This document shows, piece by piece, positions 26,088 to 38,514 of a stretch of 64,000 nucleotides of DNA. Within the stretch, counting starts at the first letter, position 1, and each line of letters opens with the position of its first letter. The DNA is from Vicugna vicugna (Eukaryota). The stretch spans positions 9,692,184-9,756,183 of the forward strand of contig MU058844.1 in assembly GCA_013265495.1 (NCBI GenBank). Reading direction: 5' to 3'. The notes under the pieces were generated by a model. It saw nothing but the letters and a program-made list of their open reading frames with translations. It did no database searches and was not told the DNA's origin. The translations under genes and the position numbers were made by a program.

Positions 26088-26912
26088 TCACAGACTGGAT
26101 GTATGTGTCCCTCTAAAATCTAATACAGTGTGACTGTATTTGGAGCAAAGAAGCAATTATGTTACATGAAATAATAAGGGTTGGGCCCTAATCCTATAGA
26201 ACTGTTGTCAACAGATGACTGGATAAAGAAGCTGTGGTATATTTATACAGTAGAATACTACTCAGCCATAAAAAAGAATAAAATAATGCCATTTGCAGCA
26301 ACATGGATAGACCTGGAGATCATCATTCTAAGTGAAGTAAGTCAAAGAAAAAGAAAAATACCATATGCTATCACTCATATGTAGAATCTAAAAAAAGAAA
26401 AAAGATGACACTAATGAACTTATCTACAAAACAGAAAGACTTGCAGACATAGTAAACAATCTTACGGTTATGGGGGGAAGGGGTAGGAACAGATAAATTG
26501 GGAGTTTGAAATTTGCAAATCTTAACTAGTATATATAAGATGGATAAACACCAAGTTTCTTCGGTATAGCACAGGGAACTATATTCAGTATCTTAGAGTA
26601 ACCTATAATGACTAAAGAATATGAAAACAAACATATGTTTGTATACATATGACTGAAACATACTCTACACCAGAAATTGACACGTTGTAAACCGACTATA
26701 CTTCAAGAAGCTAGTTCTCTCCTCCCTGTGCACACTGAGGAAGGGCCACCTGAGGACACAGCGAGAAGGCGACCTTCTGCAAGCCAGAGGAGAGCCCTCG
26801 CCACGTACTGAATTGGCTGGAACCTTATCTTGGACTTTTGTAAGAAAATTAATTTCTATTAAGTCACTCAGTCTATGATACTTTGTTATAGCAGCTCAAG
26901 CAGATTAAGACA
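26088..26912 (+). mobile_element. ERVL-MaLR solo LTR (MLT1/MST-like), split by L1
   Basis: 5' part gactggatgtatgtgtcccc...gggccctaatcc; 3' part gaggacacagcgagaaggc...tgcaagcca...ctttgttatagcagc...taagaca. Confidence 0.8.
26206..26706 (+). mobile_element. LINE-1 3' fragment inserted in a MaLR LTR
   Basis: [31 protein letters not shown] plus a 3'UTR ending gactatacttcaa. Confidence 0.92.
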
Positions 26913-28864
26913 TCACCCTACTGAAGACTGAAAGCTACAGCTCCCTTACTTCCCGCCTTCCCCCTTCTACATCCTCTGTACTCTGGTCTACTTTTTCTTC
27001 ACTCCATAGCCCTTATTACCTGGTAACATATAGTTCATGTATTTATTGTCTTATCATTTGTTATCTGCCCCAAATGTAAGCTCCCTGAGGATAGGAGTCT
27101 TTGTTTTATTCAAAACTGTATTCCAAGGTGTGAGAACAGTACTAGGCACATAGTAAATACCCAATAAATATTCTAAATTTACTAATAAATAAAAATACTA
27201 ATTTTGAAATAGACATTAACATTTTCAGGTTGAAGATCAGATATTAAGCCGAATAAGAACATACAAGTTATTAATCATTTGTTTTTGATACAATTAATTA
27301 CAACCAATTTTAAGTTATATGATTTAAAATTTTACCTTAGGAAATATCAAAAGTCAAGTGACAAAATAAAATAGGTTAACTGTCTGTGAAATATGCAGGG
27401 ATTAATGCTTCATCTTCTCCCCAGGATTGGTGCTTATGAAATGTTAAATGATATGAAAGAGTCCCTGTGGCTATTCTGCTTGGTAGATTTTAATGAATTC
27501 TGAATCTGAAACACTTATCAGAGTTTCATGGTCATCTGGACTCTCCCGCCAAATTTAGAAGATTCTAAAGGAGCATGTAGCTTACAAAATATTTTAGATA
27601 CACCTTTTTACATACAATATGAATGGTCTGCTTTACGAATTTCACATGCTGACTCTTAATTGGATATTCCTGGGAAAAGAAACATGAAGATGACTAAAGA
27701 ATCGTATTTGTCAGGTAGTACTGAGCCACTGGACCTCAGAGGCTGGTGGGAAAAAAATAATTTCGTAGACGATAAAAAATTTTCAGATTAGATTACCATT
27801 TCAAAGCACTAGCCAAGGGAAGTGAGGAGATGACATGCAATGTATTAATAAACAATAGGTAATCCTTTGGGCACATGTATTATGTGGAACTATGAGGAAA
27901 GGACAAAATGTACCGTGACAGTCCAGTACAAATGCTGATTCACTGCTGTGCGTGGACTCAGAGCACGACCAGGACAGCGTGAAGTCACTCCTCTAAATCC
28001 TCTCATAGAAAACGAAACTGTTTCACTTGAAAATATAAACTTGATTCTTTTTGTAATAATCACGAGTTGTTTCCTGACTAGCCTTAGAATCCTATGGAAG
28101 GTCAAATTATGTTTTATCTGCATAACAGAATGTACTACCGTAAGCAGATTATAGTTACAAGGCACCACCTAATTTTTCCCAAGTATTATCCTTTGATTAA
28201 AATCATTATTTAAACTCAGCATCTAGATCTGCTTTTTTAAGCCAGTTTTATATCTCTAAGAAGAAACGAACTGAGTAAGTTACAAAGCTCGCAGGACAAC
28301 ATTTAGCTTTCGATGCGAGTACATAGTACACGAACCGTCCTCTTAGTATTATCAATCTTAAAAGAAAACAAGTTCTTATAACAGAAGTTAAGTATAAAAA
28401 GTTCTTCTCTTTGAGGCCAGTATTACCATCCAGCATATTCAAATACTGTACTAAAAGTCATTGTTTCATAATTCAAGAAATGTAAAATACCCTGAAATAA
28501 ATGTTAGTTTCACATCAGATTGGCAGTATATTAGAAGCAGATAATAAACAGTGGCTTCCAAGATGGAGAGAAAAGTCACACTTATTCATAAAAAAACAAA
28601 AACCAAAAAGGCATTGCCTCTTTTTGTGTAAAAATAAAGCATGCTCGTGTATGAATGTTAGCCTCAAAAAGGCTAAGGTGAGAACAGCTAGAAATAACTT
28701 ACAATGTCGAGAAGAGAAAATGGTCCAGCAAGGACAGAAGGTCTGTGGGAACAGAGCAATCAGCAGTAGTAATGAAACTGGAAGGTACTTGGGTACGTGG
28801 TGACTTCCAGCAATGCGGGACAGTGCCTCCGCGCACAGCACTGACTCGAGTCAGCCTGTCAGGG

Positions 28865-29050
28865 TCAGAAAGCTCGTGCTGCCACCTCCCAGCTCTGTAA
28901 CCTTGGGCAAGTTACTTAACGACCCAGCTTCAGAGTTCGTACCGATAATTTGGGGATACCCGTAAATGGGAAATCACATGATAGGGTTGTAGTGAAAAAT
29001 ACATGAGGTTATATAGAGAAACACCCATAATGGGCTTGGCACATAAATAA
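28865..29050 (+). mobile_element. MIR SINE
   Basis: ctgccacc...agctctgtaaccttgggcaagttacttaac core. Confidence 0.75.
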
Positions 29051-29993
29051 TGTTTCATATCCTTATTAATAACACTTCATATTCATTAATCTATCCATTT
29101 GTCTGATTTAATCTCCCAGTTAGCTTATGAAGTAGGTATTATTATTCTCGTTTTGGAAATAAGATTGCAGAAGTTAATTTGTTAAGTAACTAACCCAAGG
29201 TTATGAACATTCCATATAAGCCCAAACTGCCTGAAAAATGCAGGTTTGACTGTGAAGTTTATGAGGTTCATCGTCACATTACCACTGCCTCATTAGCGTC
29301 ATAAAACTTTCCCCTGCTCCTCTGGTATCGTGGAGGCAAGTGATCCTTCTCCTGCAAACAATACATGGTGACTCCCTATTTCTGCCCTGAGTGAGCATAT
29401 TGGAACTTTTCCTTGTTAGCACAGTAATTAAATGAGAAGTGTGATGACAGAAGAAAACAATCACAGAGTGCCTTTGCCGTGGGGTTTAAGGTTTCATCCT
29501 GTTCAGCTTTAATGAAGCCCTGTGAGGTGCAGAAAGGAGTGTCTGGTTTTCAAATCACAGGAATCCTCTCTAATTAAACCTTGCAATCAAAACATTGCCT
29601 ACAAGCCGCTTCCCTAAACGGATGTGCCTGAGGAGGATTTTTGAAAAGCATTTACGAAGGATTCTTGTGAATTTTGTTAACAAAAATCTGAATGCTCAAT
29701 CCTGAGTGAAAACAAAAATCAAGTTGTAGTTCTTTCAGATTAAAATGACAGCACATGTCACTTCCTGTTATTCCTACAGGCCATAAAGATTTTCCTATGT
29801 GCAGACTCTCCTTCTACCTTATTCATCCTTATTCAGCAAAGCCCCATCTAGCCCCTTTGCACTTCGCTTGTTAGCCTTTTTCACTAAACTTTAACCTCTT
29901 AGTTCATCAGTTATTCTTTTGCCCCTAATTTGAACATCCAAATAATATCTCCGACAGAACCACTAACAAAACGCTCTTAGAAGTACATGCTGT

Positions 29994-30130
29994 GGGGGAG
30001 GGTATAGCTCAGTGGCAGAGCGCATGCTTAGCATGCACAAGACGCTCAGTTCAGTCCCCAGTACTTCCATTAGTAAACCAACCAACATAATTACCTCCCT
30101 CCCCCCACCCCCAAAAAAATTTAAAAAAAT
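29994..30130 (+). mobile_element. tRNA-derived camelid SINE (Vic-1-like)
   Basis: ggggagggtatagctcagtggcagagcgcatgcttagcatgcac...ttcagtccccagtac with A/B boxes and an A-rich tail; degenerate TSD aagtacatgctgt (29981-29993) / aagttcatgccat (30131-30143). Confidence 0.85.
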
Positions 30131-32721
30131 AAGTTCATGCCATTTGCTAACTTAGAAATACAGCCTTGCAAAGGCTTTTAAATCCTGAAGATTCTATTGA
30201 TAGGCAACTCGACTTGAAGCTCATCGCCTGTGGTCTGCTAAGTACCAGTGAATGAACGTACATCCAGTGGTGGGTTGGTGACCTACATGGGGCCTGGACT
30301 TCTTTTCTTTTACTGAAGTCTGAGATACACACATAAGTGCTGGGCAAGCTTGTTAGAAATGTTAGGAGCCACTAGCTTGATGCCAGTGCTATCATATATC
30401 CCGATACATGACATCTGAGAAAAAGAAGACTCAAACATCCTTTGCAATCTTACGATGACACCAGGGGTATCACATCAGTGCATTTTTCTGTTTCCTTGCC
30501 CCCATTCTCACTGCGTGACATCATTCTTGCATTGACCACTGCCCTCTGTAGAAATGGTCAACTTCATTTCCTTTTTAAAGCATTTCTACTGTCTTCCTCA
30601 GCATGTTCTTTTTCCAAAAACTCTACGGCTCCCTGGTCTTTTATTAATGCCAGTCATAGACCAGAGCCATTTCTGAAGGGTGTCTTTTGGTGCTAAACCC
30701 ACCAGAGTGAATCTGATGTTCACAGAACCACAATATCCAATATCCAGCTGAAAAACTGTGAGGACAGAAACTGATGGTGTTACATCCATTAACCAGCAAC
30801 ATGACTGGAAATCAAGGAATTCTGTTCCAGTGGTTACTCCATGTTCCACATATGAACATTTCATTTCACCACAACTCAGGGTTGTGTTCTTATTTCCTCC
30901 AATCCTGCCCGGCACTGTTTTACTAGTTACCAATGACTATCCATGTAGCCGAATTCCACGCCAATCCAAAGTAAGCATTACAGAGCAAAAGCCTATTACA
31001 AAGCTGCTGTCTATCAGGAGAGAGCCCACGGAAGACCACTCTAAGGAGGAGCCTGAAAGGCTATCCTGTGTCACTGGTCTACATATGACATGAACCCTGA
31101 AAAACTTAATCACAGATACACAGGACCCTTCCTTGTCGCTAGCCCTTACCAACCCGGCGGCCTCCCACCCACTGTGTGCGGTCTGAGTTTCACCGATCCC
31201 TCCTACTCTAACTCCGGCGGGACCCAGCGCTCTGCCCTTCATTCCACATCTCACACCCCCCTCGTCTCCTGCTGTGCCCAGGGCACCCGAACATCAGCAC
31301 CTGGGTGATTAGGGCGGGAGTGGTTCTGATTCCAAAACTGGACCCAGAGAACTGATGGTGTATTTCTTCTACCTTCTAGAATTACTGAATGTATTCCACA
31401 AATTTGGCCGTGAGTGGAAGGAAGGAAAAAGACTGTCGCTGAGGAACACCTTGAGACCACCTATTGCCAAAGTGCTGGATGAGGCCCATCCTTGGCCAGA
31501 GGGAAGCCTTTTGGCAGAATCTGAGGAATCAGGTTCCGTATACTACGGTTCCTGCTGCCTGGCTCTCCCTCTTCCTTCATTCCTATTACCCTAGAAGTGT
31601 CAACTTTGCATTTCAGATCATTGGTTGAACTTACTGTCCCCATATCAACAATCTGTATGGAACCAGCAAGCTCTGAGAGGACTAGCACACAACAGACAGT
31701 ACAGCAGGGGCATCTCTTCTCGCTCTGCTTCCACGAAGTGTCACCTCCCTGAGCCACATGAGCCATCCACTTGTTCTATGTCTCTCATCTTCCATCGGTA
31801 AACCCATGGGGATCACAGTTTAGCTGCGGTAATACATAGTTTCTGAACGCTGGAACCTAAAGGAAATTATGTTGATGCCATCAAAACATTTACCTCACAG
31901 TGGTGGGGTCAGAGTGTGATAAACTTACCTACCAAATGAAGAAACGCTCGACGTTTAAAAACCGTAAGTCTAGTCAGCCAATTTAAAATGATTGAATTAT
32001 TGGGTAAAATTAAAGCGATGATTTTATGGAATTAAGCAGACGGCCAACAAAATTTGTGTTTTTCCTCTGTAAACAACTATGTAGCTAACCATGTGCCCCT
32101 TCTTTATTTCTTCAAGATCCAAAGTTTCCTTAACTAAGTGGAGGCAGCAGAAGCTGGCTTTTTATAAAGCCAACGATCCACAACCAGATTAGAATTTCTC
32201 ACTGGAAATGGTGGAACAATCCATCTTCTTCCAGCCACAGCTCAGTAAAATCTACTGCATTCATGATATACTCTGATCTGAACAACACATAAAGTTCCAC
32301 ACTCCCGGAGCTTGATACAGAGGAAACAAAGGTGTGATGTACTCACAGAAATCCTAGGAAAGTAATTTCTCCCTAAAGAAGTATATTTTTTAAATCTTTG
32401 ATTATAACATATCCAAAAAGAAGCTATTAAACATTTAAAATTTTATGAACTATAAAATATTAATATCTTTACCTATATTGTTTTATTTAAATCTTTCAAG
32501 GCAGATGCTATCATCACCGTTTTCCAAATAAGAAAACTGAGGTTTATAGAAATTAAATTATTTTTTCAAGTGGCAGCGCCAAGATTGGAATCCAGGTCTC
32601 AATCCTGTACTTGTGGGGTAATGGTTATGAAATGTGTCCTGGAATCCTGGCAGAGCCACTTAGTCACTGAATCTGGGCCTTGGTTTCCTCATCTATAAAG
32701 TGGAACTAACATTAGCACCTA

Positions 32722-32941
32722 CCAAAGCTTCTGAACCTCAGCACCCCTGACTATGGGTTAGATGAGTCTTTGCTGGAGGGGCTGTCCTACGTGCTGGAGG
32801 ACACACAGCATCACCCTGGCCTCGCTGCCCACCGGATGCCAGAAGCTTGAATGCCCCCCTCCCCCAGTTGTGACAACCAAAAATGACTCCACACATTGCT
32901 AGATGTCCCCTGGCGGGTAAAATCACTCGGTGAAAACCAGT
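32722..32941 (-). mobile_element. MER20 hAT-Charlie DNA transposon nested in a MIR (about 32655-33025)
   Basis: Minus strand cactggttttcac...caggggacatctagcaatg...tttttggttgtcacaactgggg...gtgctgaggttcagaagc; MIR core ggtttcctcatctataaagtgg on the left and MIR tail on the right. Confidence 0.85.
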
Positions 32942-33582
32942 GACCTAAATTAAAGGATGAGTGTGAAGACTCCATCAGCTAATACATACAAAGAGCCCTA
33001 GAGTGTCTGGCGCAGAATATTTAGTATTATTTAAGATGATGGTAAAGAGGAAGGAAGAAGAGGAAGAGAGGGGGGTGGGGGAGGAGGAGGAAGAAGAAAC
33101 ATACCTGCATCTGACTGAATTGTATTTGTGTCTTATTCAGGCCTGATGGGGTGGCTGTAATTGAAAAACTCATGAAAGAGTTGATCAGAAAGAATAAAAC
33201 TAAGACTGGTAAGCCTCTGGTTTTTAGGATTATTTCAGGAAGAATCTCCATAATCCTTTTTCTCTTGTATTAAGTAAAAATGTTTTACATACAAGATTAC
33301 ATATTAAACAGAGTAATAAATACTTGCCTAGTATAGTGTTAGTACACAGCAGCCTAGAACAAATATCATGTTGAAATCTATGTTGAGATCTGAATAGATG
33401 GAACATCCAACACTTAAAAGAATATTCAAATACTGTTTTCTCCTTAGTCGAGATAATTAACCTTGAAATGTATTTATACTTGAGAACATTCAGTCACGGA
33501 TTAATACATTTACTAACGAATGTTACAGTGGTGATTAGCATGTTGAGATTATAATGAAATAAAACTACGAAGTATGTCTTAC

Positions 33583-33656
33583 CTAAAGTCTTAACAGGAT
33601 CAGAGTAATCAGAGTCAGTAAATTGTCCCATGATATTTGTGGCTCTAAATTTAAAT
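33583..33656 (-). CDS. PTPRQ: PTPRQ exon, 74 nt
   Basis: tttatag| acceptor; [24 protein letters not shown]; donor AG|GTAAGA; phase 2 to 1. Confidence 0.96.
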
Positions 33657-34797
33657 CTATAAAAAAACAAAAACCAAAAAACTTGTATACCATATGACTT
33701 TTTTTCCTATGAATACTATTAACAAATAGCTATAAAAAACATACATTTTTGTTCAAGAGAAAATGAATTTACAAAGTGTAAGCTTGGAAATCCAGATGAA
33801 TAAATAATATCCTTATGTGAGATGAATAATTATCCTGGTCATGGACCTCTTACACTTCAGAGTGACTCAAAATTTGAGCAGACTCGTGAAACAGTCAGCA
33901 GGTTAATCAGATGCAGTAGGTCACCTCCCTCACGGATTTGTTTGGCTGACACGACTTAGTATCTGCACAGGCACACTTTATAAAGCGTAACTGTTATACC
34001 TCACCCACCTCTGAAAATACCAGTAAGCCAGATTTGGAATGGTCATATAAAACTTCCTTGTTCACGTGTAAACGAATGAAGAACAGTATTTCTTAATTCT
34101 GTGTGTGCACATCTGTATTTTTACTTTCTATGCTTTCGTGACATATGAAATAGAAAATGGATGCAGAAGAAAAATCAATCTTAAAAAGCCCTGGATGATT
34201 CTAACACCACAGAGACAACTGAAATTTACCTTATTTAAAAACTAGATTAAAATATAAAATCTATCTACATTAGTAAATTGCAGTGCATAATTTAATGTCT
34301 ACTATTCTCAAATTCTTAGGTTTTTATGGATTATGTGAGGAGTGTTTTGGAAAAGTAGGCAAAATAAACAATTCTTGAATAAATATTAAACTTTGTTATA
34401 TATAATTTCATAACTCATTGTATGATGATTAATTTCAGGCCATAACTTAGTAACCAAAGTAACTTTATGTAGTAACATGATAGAGCATTCTTTTTTCAAA
34501 TGCCTAACTCCTCTAACTTTTATATTAACTTGTCCTAGGATGTTTATAAATAATTTAATAGTGCTTTAACTAGCCAACAGAAATGAAACTAGCTGTCTTT
34601 TTCAAATTTAATAGTAAAAATTAAGTAAATATTTAAAAATGATAGTCAAAAATAATATAGTAGTTAATTCACTAGGAGAAAACCAATTTATCAAAGCATT
34701 TGATAAAGTTAAAATATCAGCATTTGTTTTTATATTACATAATTATAGTCTACAAAATGCCAAATATTAAATTGAACTGTAAAGATGTCAATCATTC

Positions 34798-34883
34798 ATT
34801 CAGACGTTTGATAACATAAAGAGCAGGAAATGGTTGCTCTGATTCAGACGTTTGATAACAAAGAGCAGGAAATGGTTGCTCTG
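34798..34883 (+). repeat. Tandem duplication (44 + 42 bp)
   Basis: attcagacgtttgataaca(ta)aagagcaggaaatggttgctctg twice; the copies differ only by a 2-nt indel. Confidence 0.95.
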
Positions 34884-35295
34884 ACTGAGGCAAACTGAAG
34901 CCATCATTAACCAAAAGACTAGGGTAGTATTTCTAAAAACCTGTAAATTAGCGTGCATGGCAGGATGAGTGAAAAACAAAATATTACACATTAGTCACAT
35001 GGTCCTTTAGAGAAAGAATTAAATTCTCCTATGTTCTCCAGTTACACATTTTTCATATTACCCTTATGTCACTTACCATATCAAATCATAATTACTTTTA
35101 AAGTTGCCTACTTCCCCTAGAACTGTATGTTTATCAAATATAAAGACAATGACTTGATCTTTGTCATGGATGAGGGCACGATATATTATGGATGCCCAGT
35201 GCTTACTGGAAAGACAAAAGGTTGGGTAGATGGATGGATGAAAGATGTCAACTAGCATGCTAACATGATACAAAACAGGCATAAACTATACTTAC

Positions 35296-35518
35296 AAGTA
35301 TTGCTTTTTCGGTTTCAGAGGTCCATTGCAAATTTTGTCTTCATTGCCAGGAATCATACATGCATTATCAGCACCTATGATGTAAATTTCTTCATTGCCA
35401 CTAAACTTTGCCTTTCCTTCTGTACATGGGGGGTTAGGAAAGCCTTCATTTGTAAAATATGGCCTCGGTTTATTAAAATACGCATCATACCACTTTGTTA
35501 CATTTCCATCATGCTGAG
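35296..35518 (-). CDS. PTPRQ: PTPRQ exon, 223 nt (membrane-proximal extracellular region)
   Basis: aaatag| acceptor after a T tract; [74 protein letters not shown](L); donor |GTAAGT; phase 1 to 2. Confidence 0.97.
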
Positions 35519-35895
35519 CTATTTTCAGAAAAAAAAATAATGATTACAAGTAATATACAAATGTATTTTCTCATTTATAAAGGGTGTTTCTATAATCGCA
35601 TGAGGAAAACCTGGATACAACATCTGTCACTCTAGGAACCACCAGAGATGAGTAAGCTGATCCCCCTGACTAGGCATGGAATCCTATCCCGCCCATCACA
35701 CAAGCATCTATGGGCATTGCTGTGAAGAACGACTTCTCATGAAGAGAAAGAACATCCCTCAGTCAAGGGTAACGCTCATTCACACCTCAAAGAAGCTATC
35801 AAGACTCCATCCTGCCAAAGTCAAAACCATCTTACCAGCATATGGAATAAATAAATCACCTATTTTAACCACACTTCTTCTTATTTTGGTAAAAT

Positions 35896-36002
35896 TTTTT
35901 TTTAAGTCTACTTATTGATTTTTGGAGGAGATGCCAGGGATTGAACCCAGAACTTCGTGCATGCTAAGCATGTGCTCTACTGCTTGAGCTATACCCTCCC
36001 CC
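35896..36002 (-). mobile_element. tRNA-derived camelid SINE (Vic-1-like)
   Basis: Reverse complement of the same SINE; TSD cttattttggtaaaat / cttactttggtaaaat on the two flanks. Confidence 0.87.
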
Positions 36003-36184
36003 TCCTTACTTTGGTAAAATATTTTAGGCATAAATTAATGATAATATTAATAATCTACTAAGCTCAAGAGCTGTGTAATAATTGGGAGTAAACCGTATAG
36101 TACTAATTTTGAGTGGAAACGTCCTTAGCATTCAGCAGTTCGCCCTCTGCAGTGTGACAGGACAAGGCTGGCGTGTGACGGTAC

Positions 36185-36343
36185 CTCCTGCTTCTGCCAC
36201 AAGCACTTGCACAGTTTTGATCGGCCCATGATCGTCACTGTAGTAACATATTGGCATTCTGATTGTAATTGTGGTTGAGGTCACAAGCAGTTTTCCTGTG
36301 GCATCGTAAATAGGGGTTGGTTTGGTTTTTGGTCGAGCTGGAG
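36185..36343 (-). CDS. PTPRQ: PTPRQ exon, 159 nt (membrane-proximal extracellular region)
   Basis: ttatag| acceptor; [53 protein letters not shown]; donor AG|GTACCG; phase 1 to 1. Confidence 0.95.
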
Positions 36344-36889
36344 CTATAAGCAAAGAAGAAATATCACAACAATTCATTTTTGGTTTCTTCAGAGAAGAAA
36401 AAATCATTTAAATTCTCATTTCATGCAGGTAATTTACAGATAAAGTGATGACAAACACAAATAACAAATGAAATAGATTTTTGTTTGGATACAGCAGATA
36501 TTTAGCAATTATTATCTCCTAATGGTATAATTATATATTTGACACTTGCCTGAGATAATGGGGCCCAGGTGTGATTTTTCAGGCGTCTGACTCCTCTTCA
36601 CATATTAACGAAATTCAGCCTATATATGTGCACTTCCTCATGTAATCTCCATGAATGCATTAAATCATACTAATACTTTAGTGGGGTGTTTTCTTTCACT
36701 TCCTTTAGCTGGTTTACCAATTTCTATTCTAGTCAACTCTAACCCCTCAGTTACCCATGCCCAACACCCGGATGGGATCCTCCCATATTTTTCTCTACAT
36801 TCACATAATCACATAAAAAAACACAAAATCATGTCTAATGGATTCTTCCCACTGTTTGATATGTTTAATGGGGCTATAGTAAGTATTAA

Positions 36890-37340
36890 AATTACCCCAC
36901 ATACTGTTTTTCTCACTTAAATACGACTTGTGTAAACCTTTCGAAATTACCAAGTACAGGGCGAACTCATTTTTCTTAATCAGGGTGTTGTATGTCACAG
37001 TACAACAGCATCGTATTACAGCCATCCATTTAGTGATAGGAATTCACTTTTCCTTCAGGTTTTGAACATTTGCTTCACTTATCAGTCTTACGCATTTAGC
37101 CTTATTTACTAATCCTTTTGTTTCTGTGGAGTAGATACCCAAGAGTAGAATTTATGGAGCAAAAGATACACACTTCTTTTTATATTGAAGTACAGTCGAT
37201 TTACAATGTTGTGTTAATTTCTAGTGCACAGCAAAGTTTTCCAGTTATATATGTATAACTGGAAATATACATATATATGTGTGTGTATGTATATATATAT
37301 ATGCATACATTCCTTTTTTTCATTATCGGGTATATGTATA
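36890..37340 (-). mobile_element. Old L1M fragment plus a younger L1 3' end (about 37175-37340)
   Basis: attgaagtacagtcgatttacaatgttgtgttaatttc is a typical reverse L1 3' end. Confidence 0.65.
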
Positions 37341-37469
37341 TTGAGTACTAGTGGCAGTGGTGGGATCCTAGATAAATTAATTTTTTCCCAGTAATAATGC
37401 ATGATTTAGTGACATGGAGTGACACTGAATTAATAGTTGTCTCATTAAATTTGCATTTGACAGATAATA

Positions 37470-37765
37470 TCAAGTTGGACAGTAATGTCCAATGCCAGAT
37501 TCCTCTAACTGGAAACATCTTCTTGAGGACTCCCCAGTGGTCCCTCTCAAAGTTTCTCAGAACTCCTTGAAAACCTGAGGCTCTTCCTACCAAATCCTTT
37601 CTTCCTTCCTTCTCCCCATTCACACGTGTCAGACCTGTGATCTATGACCCTGCCACCTACTCCTGCTCCCTGGCCCGTATTATTCACAGAAATTTTCCCC
37701 AGTAAACTTCCTACACATCCAGTATCATCACAACCTTTACATCTCAGAGGAGTGAGCTAAAGGAT
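37470..37765 (+). mobile_element. ERVL-class LTR fragment (LTR40-like)
   Basis: ttcacacgtgtcagacctg...ctcctgctccc...ttcacaga...ccccagtaaac...ctcagagga pattern. Confidence 0.45.
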
Positions 37766-38091
37766 CACGTCAAAAAGATTTGGTTCAAATCTTGTTATTT
37801 CCCTCTTTTGGCTCTAAGACCATTTTCTCATCTATAAAATGGAAATGATACTGCCAGTGTTACGGCATTGCTGGTAGGTTTTAAAAAAAGATTTTATAAA
37901 TCTGAGAATTGAAGTTTGATTAAGCAACTTACTGATGCTCAAACAGCTGGTGTATATAGCCTAAAGATAAAATGAAACAAGTGCAGATTCCACAGATACT
38001 GATTTGGGGGATAATCATATGCATTGGTGGTAAAAATGTGGATTTTCATGGCACTTTTAGAAATTATTCTGGCAATATCTATTAAAGCTAA

Positions 38092-38198
38092 GTGCTCACT
38101 TTGGCAGCATATATACTAACACTGGAATGATACAGAGAAGATTAGCATGGCCCCTGTGCAAGGATGACACACAAATTCATGAAGCATTCCAGATTTTT
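38092..38198 (+). pseudogene. RNU6: Full-length U6 snRNA retropseudogene (5' part of a U6/L1 chimera)
   Basis: gtgctcactttggcagcatatatact...acagagaagattagcatggcccctg...gaagcattccagattttt; 11 differences from canonical U6, 7 of them CpG transitions; no PSE/TATA promoter recognisable upstream. Confidence 0.93.
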
Positions 38199-38271
38199 TT
38201 TGCAGATACTAACTATACAAAACAGATAAACAACAAGCTCCTACTGTATAGCACAGGGAACTGTGTTCAAT
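38199..38271 (+). mobile_element. L1 3'UTR segment fused to U6
   Basis: tttgcagatactaac...tactgtatagcacagggaactgtgttcaa matches the L1 3'UTRs at about 25010-25095 and 57830-57905. Confidence 0.85.
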
Positions 38272-38466
38272 GCCTCTGACTTTCAAGATAAATCAAGATC
38301 AGTCAAGAAATCTAAAGTTAGTCACAGTCTAGTCATGGGTAATTTTAAAAGTGCATTTTCTTTTCAATTAAATTTTTAAAACAAAATACAATTATAAAAT
38401 TTGTCTCAGAAAAGCTTAAATTTAGTGGAAAAGAAATGTAAGATAAATAGTAATGGGCATTCTCCT

Positions 38467-38514
38467 TAATAAGCATACATTATTACTTAATGATTACTTA
38501 ATGTATGCTTATTA
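38467..38514. repeat. Perfect 16-bp inverted repeat with a 16-nt loop
   Basis: taataagcatacatta (38467-38482) / taatgtatgcttatta (38499-38514). Confidence 0.95.

Larger units (their letters stand above)
22710..27180 (+). mobile_element. L2 LINE 3' region in pieces (about 22710-23100, 25566-26087, 26913-27180), host to nested insertions
   Basis: L2-type motifs ccagttgctcaggcaaaaaaccttggaatcat, caaggccaccatc and the terminal ggcacatagtaaatacccaataaatatt occur in colinear order. Confidence 0.75.

Noticed and set aside
29994..30070. Possible tRNA gene
   Set aside because: SINE body with A tail, TSD and a second dispersed copy; no intact cloverleaf.
34798..34883. CRISPR-like repeat
   Set aside because: Two abutting copies with no spacer, in a mammalian intron.
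38092..38198. Functional U6 gene
   Set aside because: All CpGs decayed, fused to L1, and no recognisable upstream PSE/TATA.
38470..38484. agcatacattat resembles the loxP spacer region (GCATACAT)
   Set aside because: The 13-bp ATAACTTCGTATA arms are absent; a chance match inside an AT-rich hairpin.
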